From a virus (lineage: Duplodnaviria > Caudoviricetes): DNA of 36,343 nucleotides. The stretch lies in the IMG/VR virus record IMGVR_UViG_3300031655_000018, positions 1-36,343 of that record. One strand, written 5' to 3'. Of the stretch, positions 1-9,340 are shown piece by piece. Numbering within the stretch: the first letter of the stretch is position 1; each line of letters opens with the position of its first letter. The translations under genes and the position numbers were made by a program. Under the pieces are notes generated by a model. It had not been told where the DNA came from, searched no databases, and was given only the letters and a program-made list of their open reading frames with translations.

Positions 1-127
1 ATATCCCGTAAAGAACCTAGGTCCTTCAGGAACTGTTTGTCCTCCCAGTGATTAATAGAAACAGACCCGTGGTGGCCTAATAACTTCAACTCCCCGTCTG
101 AACCCCAAATCCCCTCTTGACGGGCTT
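1..127. repeat. Terminal direct repeat copy 1 (probable assembly overlap of a circular contig)
   Basis: Identical to 36217..36343. The 127-bp length matches a common de Bruijn k-mer size. Confidence 0.9.
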
Positions 128-171
128 GTACTCAGCCTTTACTATTACGCTATCAATCTCTTTTATCTTTT

Positions 172-483
172 TCATCGGTTTCCTCCTGAGCCACTAATGA
201 CCCCTCGTTGTTGTCTATCTACGACCTTCTTAATATTATACTCAGCCACTTCACTTAAAGTTATTCCCATATCCTCAAGTAGGTTAACTAGGTTCCATAG
301 TACGTCCCCCGCCTCAGCCACCACATCAGACCTCATAGGGTCTCCCATGTCACCCCGCAGCCAAGGCTTAACGAACAGGTCCGCTAGTTCAGACGCCTCC
401 ACCATCAGGCTAACGATGGGGTACATGGGGTCAGCGTAACTCGCTGTCTTAATAGCCTCCTTCTGGTACTCGTCAAAGTCCAT
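172..483 (-). CDS. mazG: MazG-like nucleotide pyrophosphohydrolase
   Basis: MDFDEYQKEAIKTA N-terminus, ExxE...EAGDVLW metal motif, typical phage MazG C-terminus RGVISGSGGNR. Confidence 0.9.
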   Translation of the reverse strand: MDFDEYQKEAIKTASYADPMYPIVSLMVEASELADLFVKPWLRGDMGDPMRSDVVAEAGDVLWNLVNLLEDMGITLSEVAEYNIKKVVDRQQRGVISGSGGNR

Positions 484-520
484 CCTTCTTACTCCTCTCT
501 TAAAATAGTTATGTTAGGTA

Positions 521-2419
521 TTAGGGTAGCTCACAACTACCCCCTGCACACGCCAGCTCTTGTGCTCCAAGAGTCATGTCCTGCCCTTGTTCGAACTTAG
601 CCATAGCCTCCCAATCAAACGTGGGTAGAGCTGCGCTTAGTTCCTTGTACTGCTCTACTGTTATTTCCTGGTATGGAGCCTGTGCGTACACATGGTCACT
701 ATACGGAAGTAGGGAAATCCCTGACATCATGTCGAAGTTTTCCCACATCCAAGAACAGATGTCTAGGAACTCATCGTCTTTGTAATACACCGTAACGCTC
801 GGCTTATGCTCACACCAATGGTCTTGGTAATCCTTCCAAAGCTTAAGCTGAGCCATTGCCCCAACTTCAGAAGTACAGACGGCACCCTTGGGGGCCAGTA
901 CTGGAAAGCTAAACACAAGAGTTGTAGGCGAGGTAACGTCCACCTCATAAGGAAAGCCAGCTTCGACCATATACAAAGACATGGGGTCCTTACTGTCCGA
1001 CCTAACTGTACGAATATAGGCAGGTGCAAAACGTGGGTGAATACCACTAGCACTATTGACCAACTGACTAACAGTACCACTAGGCTTAACACAAGTAATG
1101 GCAGCACTAGCGTTGACGCCAAGTTTTTTAGCCCACTTTTTATTCGTTTCAATAGCTACTCCCTGCATTTCCTGTAGCCAGTGCTCCAGCACACACGGCT
1201 CGTTGTGAGACATGCCTGAGAGAATAGGGTGGTCCATAATCCCTGTCAGAGATAGCCCTAAGAGAGCCTCCTCTTCGGTGTTGGTCTTCCATATGTTGCG
1301 TAGGTATCTGAAGTCTGTCAGAGTGGACTGTAGTGTGCCCAGTATAGCGGCTTTACGTGTCTTCTCTTTAAGAGTTTCTAGTGTATCCTCCTCCCGCACA
1401 ACAATCTCAGTCAAATTGCAGAACTGGTTTGGGCGTAAGATAATCTCTGAGCAAGGGTTAGTCCCAAACAGGTACGTGGCGTCCCTTCTGCCGTTCCTTG
1501 CTGCAATCTGCTGGGCTGCCTTACGACTGAACACACCACGCTCACCTGATTTGCTCTCGTACAACGCTTGCATCTCATTCAGGAAGAAGTCAAAAGAAGG
1601 GCGCTCAGTATAGCAAGCACTATTGTTAGCTAAGGCCCTTTGACCGTTATGTTCCCACCACTGCCCTGACTTAGCAGTACGCAAACGGCCATCAGAGGGG
1701 TTGCTTAGAGAAATAAGAGCACTCCTGCGAACACCGCCAACTACAATAACCTCAGCAATCTTACATACAAGGTCATGAACTTCCAGAGACGTGAGCTTAG
1801 ACTCCTTAGCGTTCGTGAACGTACTGATGGTGAAGTTGAATAGGTCAATGAGCGGAGCTGGCCCTGAAGCCCGTCCTCCGAAAGTCTTTAGAGGTACACC
1901 TGCCCCCCTGACCTTACTAACGTCCCACTTAGGAATCTCTCCCGCGTAAAGGAGGGAGATAAGCTGCCTAAGGCTTTTGGCCCAACCTATCTTAGAGTCA
2001 GGTACGGCGATTGTAGTTTCACTTGAGTGGTACTCCTCGGCTAGTTCAGGGAGTTGAGAAATGTACTGCCTTTCCACGCTAAAGCCCACTCCGGTTCCAC
2101 AAAGCAGAATATACATAAGCTCGTCAAAAGAACGAGGGTGGTCCATTGGCAAATACGAACAGTTGAATCCTGCGACATTATCTCTCTCCAGTGCTGGTCC
2201 AGCGGTCATAAGGCACCGCATGGAGGGCATGACTTCAAGTGACTCAATGGCGTCTGATAGTTCACGTATATCTCCGCCCTTAATGTCCCCTCTCTTCGCC
2301 CAGAAGTCCGTATACCTATGTACGGTTTCAGGCCAAGTTTCGCGTCTACCTTCCTCAGGGAGCCACCTAGCATAACGCGAGGCAGCTATGAACTTTTGGT
2401 ACTGGTCCATCTCAGCCAT
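521..2419 (-). CDS. nrdJ: Class II (adenosylcobalamin-dependent) ribonucleotide reductase
   Basis: SRYARW...RRETW N-terminus, FNCSY, GTGVGFS, GGVRRSA, TNPCSEI, CVKPSGT, C-terminal LACAGGSC pair. No beta subunit in the genome. Start placed at ATG 2419 (TAATG overlap). Confidence 0.92.
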   Translation of the reverse strand: MAEMDQYQKFIAASRYARWLPEEGRRETWPETVHRYTDFWAKRGDIKGGDIRELSDAIESLEVMPSMRCLMTAGPALERDNVAGFNCSYLPMDHPRSFDELMYILLCGTGVGFSVERQYISQLPELAEEYHSSETTIAVPDSKIGWAKSLRQLISLLYAGEIPKWDVSKVRGAGVPLKTFGGRASGPAPLIDLFNFTISTFTNAKESKLTSLEVHDLVCKIAEVIVVGGVRRSALISLSNPSDGRLRTAKSGQWWEHNGQRALANNSACYTERPSFDFFLNEMQALYESKSGERGVFSRKAAQQIAARNGRRDATYLFGTNPCSEIILRPNQFCNLTEIVVREEDTLETLKEKTRKAAILGTLQSTLTDFRYLRNIWKTNTEEEALLGLSLTGIMDHPILSGMSHNEPCVLEHWLQEMQGVAIETNKKWAKKLGVNASAAITCVKPSGTVSQLVNSASGIHPRFAPAYIRTVRSDSKDPMSLYMVEAGFPYEVDVTSPTTLVFSFPVLAPKGAVCTSEVGAMAQLKLWKDYQDHWCEHKPSVTVYYKDDEFLDICSWMWENFDMMSGISLLPYSDHVYAQAPYQEITVEQYKELSAALPTFDWEAMAKFEQGQDMTLGAQELACAGGSCELP

Positions 2420-2631
2420 TAAACAGTCCCTCGAACTCGAGCCCACAGTTCCTTAACCCAGGAGAAGTACCCTAAGGCAACTGAAAAATTAGTTATCTCT
2501 TCGTCTGAGTTTTCTAACCAGTCCATAATCAAGGTCAGGGGGACTGTAATGAACATCACGGGGAAGAAGCAAAGAACCAGTACGAGTCTGAGTATGTCGC
2601 TAAATTTGTTTAATATCTCTAATGCAGTCAT
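2419..2631 (-). CDS. Small membrane protein
   Basis: Hydrophobic stretch ILRLVLVLCFFPVMFITVPLTLIM. Translationally coupled to both neighbours. Confidence 0.7.
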   Translation of the reverse strand: MTALEILNKFSDILRLVLVLCFFPVMFITVPLTLIMDWLENSDEEITNFSVALGYFSWVKELWARVRGTV

Positions 2632-2951
2632 TATGTTGTTTCCTTTTGTATAGGGTTTATGTCAAGTTCGTCTCTAAGGTAGCGCATAACATTACACAGC
2701 TTACCTAAGCTATTCTTTTTCTTATCTTCTATCATCTTCAGTAAAGGCTTTATATGTTCCTCTTCTACTACAATACTTATGTCAGTGTAGTCTGAGCTTG
2801 TCCCGAAGACACGCCTTAGGTAAATCATGCCTCCGTCTACAGACACTCGGTGCTTAGAGAGACTACAACTACAGTTAACAAAGTCGTGCCGTGAGGCGCT
2901 CCATGGCTCCTCTCCACAGTGATTACATCTCACCTGATTACTTAGAATCAT
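2631..2951 (-). CDS. Zn-binding hypothetical protein (DUF7695-like)
   Basis: RCNHC...SRHDFVNCSC...VSVDGG..YLRR pattern, GAGGAGG RBS. Confidence 0.75.
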   Translation of the reverse strand: MILSNQVRCNHCGEEPWSASRHDFVNCSCSLSKHRVSVDGGMIYLRRVFGTSSDYTDISIVVEEEHIKPLLKMIEDKKKNSLGKLCNVMRYLRDELDINPIQKETT

Positions 2952-2977
2952 CGGAAACCTCCTCTAGTTACGCTTAT

Positions 2978-3154
2978 TCATGCGCGTCTGCCTCGAGGTG
3001 GCTGTACTTTAACCACCTTATGAGTAGCTGTTTCACCCAGCTCAGTCTTTAGGCGTTCTGCCTCTAACCAGTTGTTGGTCATCGCTTCCCACCTGTTAGT
3101 CTTAGGACTATCTTGGGTTCCGATAAGGAAAATCTTGGTGTTACTTGGGGCCAT
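2978..3154 (-). CDS. Hypothetical protein (58 aa, MAPSNTKIFLIG...)
   Basis: Translated by hand. Fills the gap in the operon and has an AAGGAA RBS. Confidence 0.6.
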   Translation of the reverse strand: MAPSNTKIFLIGTQDSPKTNRWEAMTNNWLEAERLKTELGETATHKVVKVQPPRGRRA

Positions 3155-3488
3155 ACGTAAGTTCCTTCAGTAGTTGGCAATAGTGTATTACCTTATCAAT
3201 GTCAGCCTCTCCACCTTTGGAAGCGTGTCGGCAAATGTACTTAATTATATTACCTTCACAAAAACTTAGCTTGTTCTTCATAATAAACTCAATGGGCTGT
3301 ATCTCCATGCTATTATAATGCCCACCACCCACTTGTGTGTCCAAAGCTGACTTAATTCTTGAGCTTTGTGCCACCTTGTCCCACTCCTCTTTGGAGGCTT
3401 TGTTGAGTTCACCTGACTGTATAGCGGTTCGTGTTAACCCTCCCTGCTTCATGAAGGCTTGGCTTGTGTACTCGCTATCATTGCCCAT
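3141..3488 (-). CDS. DUF3310 / T7 gp1.7-like putative nucleotide kinase
   Basis: QVGGGHY...IQPIEFI...FCEGNIIKYICR..KGG..DIDK motif. Confidence 0.85.
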   Translation of the reverse strand: MGNDSEYTSQAFMKQGGLTRTAIQSGELNKASKEEWDKVAQSSRIKSALDTQVGGGHYNSMEIQPIEFIMKNKLSFCEGNIIKYICRHASKGGEADIDKVIHYCQLLKELTYGPK

Positions 3489-3639
3489 TTAGATATTCCT
3501 CTATGTCGTCTACATTAGAATCTATTCTATCATCAAACCGTTCAACAATGTCCTCTACTGTTATATTTAATACCTCTAATATTTCCAGCATGTCCATCTT
3601 AGCCAACACACGCTCACTTAACTCTGCATTATCATTCAT
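3478..3639 (-). CDS. Small acidic hypothetical protein (53 aa)
   Basis: Translated by hand: MNDNAELSERVLAKMDMLEILEVLNITVEDIVERFDDRI... ATGA overlap with the endonuclease gene, AAGGAG RBS. Confidence 0.75.
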   Translation of the reverse strand: MNDNAELSERVLAKMDMLEILEVLNITVEDIVERFDDRIDSNVDDIEEYLNGQ

Positions 3640-4031
3640 TGAGTGGACTCCTTAATATACGCCACAACCTCTTCAGCACTACCAAACCAGAGTATGTCGT
3701 TCTTATCACACCAGCCACTCATGGTCAGCTTAGCGCCTTTCTGTACTCTCTTGTTAGGCGTCTGTAGCAAGAAGGCGAACTCAGTAATTCCGCCTGTCTT
3801 GTCCTGTATGGCCTTTGCGATGGTTCTGTACTTAAGCCTATCTCCTGGCCTGAACCAGCCCTTGGCTTCAACCCAGAGAGAGTAGAACGAATCATCTTCG
3901 AACAAGAAGTCTGGTGTGTACTTATGTTCAACCTTGTAGGTTATGTTCCCTGTTTCGTAGGTGAAACCCGCTGGCTCCAATATTTCCCCACACCGCTCCT
4001 CGAAGCCACTTCTCTTTTGCCTAGAACTCAT
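3636..4031 (-). CDS. T7 endonuclease I (gp3)-like Holliday junction resolvase
   Basis: RSGFEE...YE...YTPDF...VEAKG.F...DRLKY motif. Confidence 0.88.
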   Translation of the reverse strand: MSSRQKRSGFEERCGEILEPAGFTYETGNITYKVEHKYTPDFLFEDDSFYSLWVEAKGWFRPGDRLKYRTIAKAIQDKTGGITEFAFLLQTPNKRVQKGAKLTMSGWCDKNDILWFGSAEEVVAYIKESTQ

Positions 4032-4884
4032 CAGGAATCTCCATAACTTTTGGGGCCTTTACTACTTCGGTTAAGTAGCGAGGTCCGGTTGAGTACCAAA
4101 AAGTACGCAGCTCTGGATAACATTCGTGCTTGTACGCGCAATAACTGCAACCCATAGGCAGCTTCATGTTTCCACTTTTTCCATCTGGCACTGGGGAATA
4201 GCACACTGCGGGCAAGTCCCCTAATACGAGCTTTTTTATATCATCGACACGCTCGGCTATGTCATAGGAAATAGAGTCCGCATAGTTAGCTGTTTTATTA
4301 TCTTCATCGTACTGTAGCCACGCTAACGTCCCGTTCTGCTTGTCCATAGCAAGCCAGCCATATGTCGTGTCTCCCTCAGAGTAAGCATAGGCTTTAAGTT
4401 GAGCTATGTAACCAAAGGGGTCATCCTCATGTAGGGTGTTCTTTGCAAACTTCTTGAACCCAAAGGATGAGCAGGACTTAACGTCCATGAGAACACCATC
4501 AATACGTCCGTCCATATGCCCCTTGACACCACCTACGTAGCACTCCTTCTGCTCGTCTGAAACCGAATGACCACTTAGGCGGACTAGTGATAAAAGCATT
4601 TCTTCGACGATGTGACCGTAGAGAAACTTGATGTACGTAGCCCCCCTGATTTCTTCTCCCGCAACACCGTGGTAACTGTTAAATAGCTGTCGGTCTGGTT
4701 TTCCGATTGCAGATAAACGGAGCCTACCACGACCATCATAGGGCTCGAAGGCTTTTCGTAATATGTCTGCCATTCCTTTCCCAAAAGCTTCACATTCTTC
4801 GTCAAGGTCTACTCCTTCCGCAATATCGTTAGACTCCATGAGCCTGTAGATGTCACGAACCAGTGTATCTACGTTAGGCTTCAT
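4021..4884 (-). CDS. PD-(D/E)XK (Cas4-like) exonuclease
   Basis: LRLSAIG, KFLYGH, GHMDG...DVKS, YIAQL..Y, C-terminal CSYC..KHEC cluster. Start at MKPNVDTLV. Confidence 0.82.
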   Translation of the reverse strand: MKPNVDTLVRDIYRLMESNDIAEGVDLDEECEAFGKGMADILRKAFEPYDGRGRLRLSAIGKPDRQLFNSYHGVAGEEIRGATYIKFLYGHIVEEMLLSLVRLSGHSVSDEQKECYVGGVKGHMDGRIDGVLMDVKSCSSFGFKKFAKNTLHEDDPFGYIAQLKAYAYSEGDTTYGWLAMDKQNGTLAWLQYDEDNKTANYADSISYDIAERVDDIKKLVLGDLPAVCYSPVPDGKSGNMKLPMGCSYCAYKHECYPELRTFWYSTGPRYLTEVVKAPKVMEIPDEF

Positions 4885-4936
4885 GCGTGGGCCGTCCGGC
4901 CTAGTGTGTCCTGTGTTCTGTTCATAAGTAATTCCT

Positions 4937-6664
4937 TTAGTGTGTTTCGCGCCATGATGGGCCAAACTTAAATTTACCCGCTAGAGGTATGCGGAGGTTG
5001 AAATCTGTCCCTGCCTTAACCATTGCGTACTCAGCTAGTTTACCAAACTTCTGTACCTGTGTGTCCTTGACTTCTGCCTGAAGCTCATCGTGTATATTCC
5101 CCACTACCTTGAAGTCCATCTTCTGTGCTGTGGCAAACCTATGTAGGTTACACAGGGCTTGCTTCATAACTACTGCACCCGCACCCTGTAACAGGGAGTT
5201 TAGCGCCGCATGAGGGCTTCTGACAGCAATTCTTCTACCGTCAAGCCCGAGTAACCATCCTCGTTTAGCAGAAACAGCCACGCGGTCTCTGAGGGTCCTG
5301 AGAGCAGGTGTGTTGGCAAGGAACTGTGCCTTAAGTCTTTTTCCATCAGCGGCTGTTCCTCCAATGATTTGACCAATTTTTGCATCTCCTGCTCCATAGA
5401 GGTAAGCGTAGATAAATGTCTTCGCCTCGTCCCTTGTAAGGAGTCCAGCAGCTTGTTGATTCTTTGTATGTACGTCTCCATTGACCACCTCAAAAGTGTA
5501 CGCTTCGTCGTTCATATAATGAGCCAGCATTCGTAGCTCAAGACCACTTGCGTCCATCCCTACGATACTGTACCCGTCCTCTGCAATCCAGCAAGCCCGC
5601 ATTTCTGGGCCATAAATCTTGGTGCCTGATGTGGTCTGAGCTACGTTGGGGCGCATGTGAGTCATTCGACCCGTGACTGCCCCGTTGGAGTTAACCTCAC
5701 CATGAACCCTTCCGTCAGGTCCCACAAAGTCAAGCCAGGATTGGGCCATGGCAATTCTTCGTGTAACCGTCAAGTAGTCTGCTATCAGGAGTGCTTCAGG
5801 TATACCCTTCACGTCTTTAAGGACTTCCTCAGAAACTATGACATTTCCGCCACCGCCCTTAGGTGTTTGAGGGGTAAACTTAGTGGGAACCCATCCCCAC
5901 CGCTGAAGGTACTCTCCAATCTGGGTTCTTGACCCTAGGTTAAAATCGACAATATCAATACGGGTAAGAGCACCGCCGACCACTTCAAGGCAGTTTTCTC
6001 CAAGGAACTTAATTCCGACCACCGACATTGTACCGTCCTTTTTGTATTTCGGTACCACGTCCGAATGGAATACCGCCCTAGGTCTAAAATTTCTGTGTAC
6101 TTCCTCTTCAAGTTCAAGTTTCTTCTCCTTTAGTTCAGCTAACAATAAGAAAACTGCACGTTCGTCCAGCTTCCATCCGTTTCGTACCTGTTCCGCTATA
6201 ATAAAAGCAACTTCATGTTCAAGGTCTATGGACCTCTGGTCAAAGCCTGCCAGTTCTATGTCAAGAGCAGCCTTAAGTGCCTCAGTTACAGCTACATCCC
6301 GTAGACAGTATTCTCCCATTTCGGGGGTGTATCTTGACCAGTCACTATGGTCTCCCTTTGGATAGCCAAGCCTATCACCCCAAGATTCAAGAGAATGCCC
6401 GCCAGCACGAGAAGGAGTGGCCAAGCGGCTGAGGACCAAAGTGTCCAGTCCTTTAGGATAGCCAATAGCAGTACCGTAAAGACGATTAAGGACAGGGTAA
6501 TCGAAGGCAATAGCATTATGCCCAATAAAGTTTCCATTATGTTCCTCCACACATCTTACGATGTCCTTTCTCTCAGTAAGTAATTCTTTCCCTGAACCCA
6601 TGCACCAAATGGTGTCAGGGGTCAGGCTGTTTGTTTCAATGTCAATTACTAAGTCGCCCATCAC
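4937..6664 (-). CDS. polA: DNA polymerase family A (T7 gp5-like) with 3'-5' exonuclease
   Basis: DIET ExoI, GHN..FD ExoII, YC..DV ExoIII, DASGLELR motif A, RDEAKTFIYAYLYG motif B, IHDE motif C. The start could be ATG 6661. Confidence 0.96.
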   Translation of the reverse strand: MMGDLVIDIETNSLTPDTIWCMGSGKELLTERKDIVRCVEEHNGNFIGHNAIAFDYPVLNRLYGTAIGYPKGLDTLVLSRLATPSRAGGHSLESWGDRLGYPKGDHSDWSRYTPEMGEYCLRDVAVTEALKAALDIELAGFDQRSIDLEHEVAFIIAEQVRNGWKLDERAVFLLLAELKEKKLELEEEVHRNFRPRAVFHSDVVPKYKKDGTMSVVGIKFLGENCLEVVGGALTRIDIVDFNLGSRTQIGEYLQRWGWVPTKFTPQTPKGGGGNVIVSEEVLKDVKGIPEALLIADYLTVTRRIAMAQSWLDFVGPDGRVHGEVNSNGAVTGRMTHMRPNVAQTTSGTKIYGPEMRACWIAEDGYSIVGMDASGLELRMLAHYMNDEAYTFEVVNGDVHTKNQQAAGLLTRDEAKTFIYAYLYGAGDAKIGQIIGGTAADGKRLKAQFLANTPALRTLRDRVAVSAKRGWLLGLDGRRIAVRSPHAALNSLLQGAGAVVMKQALCNLHRFATAQKMDFKVVGNIHDELQAEVKDTQVQKFGKLAEYAMVKAGTDFNLRIPLAGKFKFGPSWRETH

Positions 6665-6807
6665 TCTTCCATTTTTAGCTCTAACTTAATCTCTTCTGTC
6701 CTTTCCATAAGTATACTGAACCTCCAGTCTAGCCTACTCTCCTCCTCGAGCAATATTGTCATTTGATGGTCTAAGTCCCTAAGTCTATAGTCTTCTATAT
6801 AATCCAC
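6661..6807 (-). CDS. Small coiled-coil hypothetical protein (48 aa)
   Basis: Translated by hand from GTG: MDYIEDYRLRDLDHQM... AGGA RBS, and its stop overlaps the pol start. Confidence 0.55.
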   Translation of the reverse strand: MDYIEDYRLRDLDHQMTILLEEESRLDWRFSILMERTEEIKLELKMEE

Positions 6808-6820
6808 AATATGTGTCCTA

Positions 6821-6994
6821 CTAGTAAACTACAATAGAAGAAAAGGAAATATCCATACAGTCAATAACGTCACTCTCGGTGCCCGTCTCATCATCAAACC
6901 AGCACTCTTCTGGGTTTATCTCCACAGACAGGGCTTTGCCCATATGTTCTGCCAATATTTTCCGTATTTCGTGGTCATTTAATTTAATAATCAT
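6821..6994 (-). CDS. Hypothetical protein (57 aa)
   Basis: Translated by hand: MIIKLNDHEIRKILAEHM... GGAG RBS, directly after the helicase stop. Confidence 0.65.
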   Translation of the reverse strand: MIIKLNDHEIRKILAEHMGKALSVEINPEECWFDDETGTESDVIDCMDISFSSIVVY

Positions 6995-6995
6995 A

Positions 6996-8606
6996 TTAAA
7001 ACTCCGAGTCTGTTTGTTGTATTTGTGGGGGTGGACACTCAGTCATACGGTTGGTATCTTTGCTGTACCGGAGGTAACAGGCTGTGCCCACATCCCCAGC
7101 CCAGCGGTTCTTGTCTACCACAACCTCAGTGGTGTTGGCCACCTCAGGGTCAGGGTCGTGCTTATCTCTCTCCAGGAATATAACTGCATCAGCCAGCTTG
7201 CTGATTCCCTTAGAGCCACGTAGGCTGCGAGTTCCCGAGGTATGGCAGACTAGGTGTAGTCCGATGTCCAACTCGTGAACAAGGGAAACAAAGTTTGTCA
7301 TAAGCTCGTCAATTCCACTCCAGTCACCACTCGCCCCTTCTACGGAGGATAGAGCAATGTGCAAGTGGTCAAGTACAATCCAGTTGCAGCCCATGGCGTG
7401 CTTCATATATCGAATGCGTGCCAGAAGTGTGTCGAGATTGTTTTGCCAGCCCTTGTGGTCAAGCAGTACCATGCGGTCATCCTTGGTGGCCATTTCCCAG
7501 TACTTACGTAGCTCCTCATCTGGAATAGTCTTGAGTTCCTTATGAAGTGGACGCTCAGCCATGAACGACATCCATCCAAGGGTGGTTTTTGCCACACTCT
7601 CTTCGAGCATAAGACACCCGACTGTTTCGTCTGGGTTTCTTGTGATGATATCATGCTGTATTTCTCGCATTGTCTGTGATTTGCCAATACCTGTTTCCGC
7701 TGCCCAGATGACAATTTCTTTCCTGCGCTGTCCTTGTAAAATATCATTCAAACCACCCCACGGGTAATCAATTGAGGGAGTATCACGGTACCGTAGCACC
7801 TCGTCCCACGTTTCACTCACCTTCACAATACCCTGAGGTTGGTATGACTTTGCATCCCACCAGGATTTAGTGAAGTCGCGTATACGTCCCGCTGCCAACA
7901 TTGCACCAGCGTCTTTCAAGGCCAATGAGACATTCTTAACCTTGTTAGGGGAGAAGATGTCTTTAATATCATTCCAAGCCTTGGCTCCGTGTTCGTCCAT
8001 GTCAAAGCAAACAACAATGTTGTCGTACCCTTCCAAGAACTCAAGGTTCTCCTTCATGTCCTTTACTGCGCTCTGTGCACCATCCTTCAAGGACACCACA
8101 TCCCACTTATTATCAAACATCTCTGACACAGCGGCACAATCAATCTCGCCCTCTGTGATTGTAATGTATTTACCATTACCTCTGCATGTGTTCTGACCAA
8201 ACAGGCCAGTCTTGCTTCGGTCACCGGACCACGGCATTTGCTTAGTAGCACATATGCGTTTCTTAACTGCCGCAATCTCTTTGGTCTCAAGGTCATAGTA
8301 CGGATAATGGTGATGGGTTATCACTCCGTCTTGTCCTAAGGATACCGTTATTCCAAACTTCGCGCACGTCTTTGCACTCAGCTTGCGGTCAGGTATTGCT
8401 TTAACTGTTCCAGTCATCTCTAGCCTGCTCACTTTATTGATACGTTCGACAGTAGGTGTGCTACCGTCCCCTGAGACGTGATAGCCGCAGTCTACGGTCC
8501 AGCAGTGTTTACCACCGTTGTCGTAGACTGCAACATTGTCCCTTGAGTTGCAATCGGGGCAGGGCTCTCGCCCCACTACCCGTCCGTTAGGAAGTTTTTG
8601 TTTCAC
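6996..8606 (-). CDS. T7 gp4-like primase-helicase
   Basis: N-terminal CPDC...HCWTVDC Zn domain, TOPRIM ITEGEID and CFDMD, Walker A AETGIGKS, Walker B VLDH, LRGS, KNR. Confidence 0.96.
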   Translation of the reverse strand: MKQKLPNGRVVGREPCPDCNSRDNVAVYDNGGKHCWTVDCGYHVSGDGSTPTVERINKVSRLEMTGTVKAIPDRKLSAKTCAKFGITVSLGQDGVITHHHYPYYDLETKEIAAVKKRICATKQMPWSGDRSKTGLFGQNTCRGNGKYITITEGEIDCAAVSEMFDNKWDVVSLKDGAQSAVKDMKENLEFLEGYDNIVVCFDMDEHGAKAWNDIKDIFSPNKVKNVSLALKDAGAMLAAGRIRDFTKSWWDAKSYQPQGIVKVSETWDEVLRYRDTPSIDYPWGGLNDILQGQRRKEIVIWAAETGIGKSQTMREIQHDIITRNPDETVGCLMLEESVAKTTLGWMSFMAERPLHKELKTIPDEELRKYWEMATKDDRMVLLDHKGWQNNLDTLLARIRYMKHAMGCNWIVLDHLHIALSSVEGASGDWSGIDELMTNFVSLVHELDIGLHLVCHTSGTRSLRGSKGISKLADAVIFLERDKHDPDPEVANTTEVVVDKNRWAGDVGTACYLRYSKDTNRMTECPPPQIQQTDSEF

Positions 8607-8854
8607 TACAGGTCCTCCAGCCTTCGTGTGAGAGCCTCAAGCTCCTTACGGAATGTCCGCTTAACATCCTCTACAGTAGTCTGGGTACGGGTGCGGGTAT
8701 GGACACTACGTACCATCTGCTCTAGGAGAAGCACAAGTGTTATTCCTTGTGACGGAGTGTAGGAGGCTCCGTTCTGGGAAGAATCTAACTGGTGGAGACT
8801 CCGGTAATACTTATCAGAAGCTCTATCTTCCGCTACAGTGGAGAAGATAGCCAT
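8606..8854 (-). CDS. Hypothetical protein
   Basis: ORF coupled by stop/start overlaps between SSB and primase-helicase. Confidence 0.7.
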   Translation of the reverse strand: MAIFSTVAEDRASDKYYRSLHQLDSSQNGASYTPSQGITLVLLLEQMVRSVHTRTRTQTTVEDVKRTFRKELEALTRRLEDL

Positions 8855-9255
8855 TAAAACTCCTCCGGTATTTCGCCACCACCACCACCTTCAGCAAACT
8901 CAACAACACGAACCTTGTTCAGGTACGTAGGGACGCCATGTGACGGGTCAGCGGGACCATCAGCCCACAACAGGCGTACTTTAGAACCGTAGGGAATCTC
9001 CCCTTGGACGGGCTCACCTTCGAGGTCTACAACGTCAACCTTGAACTTGGAGCGGAAGGGGCGCTGGGCTGTTCCTTCATAGTCCTTTACCTTTACTCCC
9101 TTATCAGATAGCTTGCTGCCCTCTTGCTCGTCCATGCCAATCACAATGGAGTAGCGCCCTGTGGTCTTACCGTTGTACATCTCGTGCTCTGTTAGATTAC
9201 AGAAAGCCACAATACCTGTAGTTACATAATTATTACTATTCATGCTCATATTCAT
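8854..9255 (-). CDS. Single-stranded DNA-binding protein (T7 gp2.5/DUF2815-like)
   Basis: OB-fold-like pattern (YSIVIGM, GSKVRLLW, PTYLNKVRVVE), acidic tail ending in Phe, located just before the primase-helicase. Confidence 0.78.
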   Translation of the reverse strand: MNMSMNSNNYVTTGIVAFCNLTEHEMYNGKTTGRYSIVIGMDEQEGSKLSDKGVKVKDYEGTAQRPFRSKFKVDVVDLEGEPVQGEIPYGSKVRLLWADGPADPSHGVPTYLNKVRVVEFAEGGGGGEIPEEF

Positions 9256-9309
9256 CTACCTATATAGTGAGGGAATTATTATAGGCTTCCCTCTCTGCCT
9301 TGGTTGACC

Positions 9310-9340
9310 AGTTTAGCACACAGGCTGTCCTATGTGTCCT
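9310..9340 (-). promoter_or_regulatory. Phage-type extended -10 promoter of the replication operon
   Basis: Minus strand AGGACACA taggacag cctGTGTG c TAAACT. Same spacing as the copies at 15517 and 19621. Confidence 0.7.
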
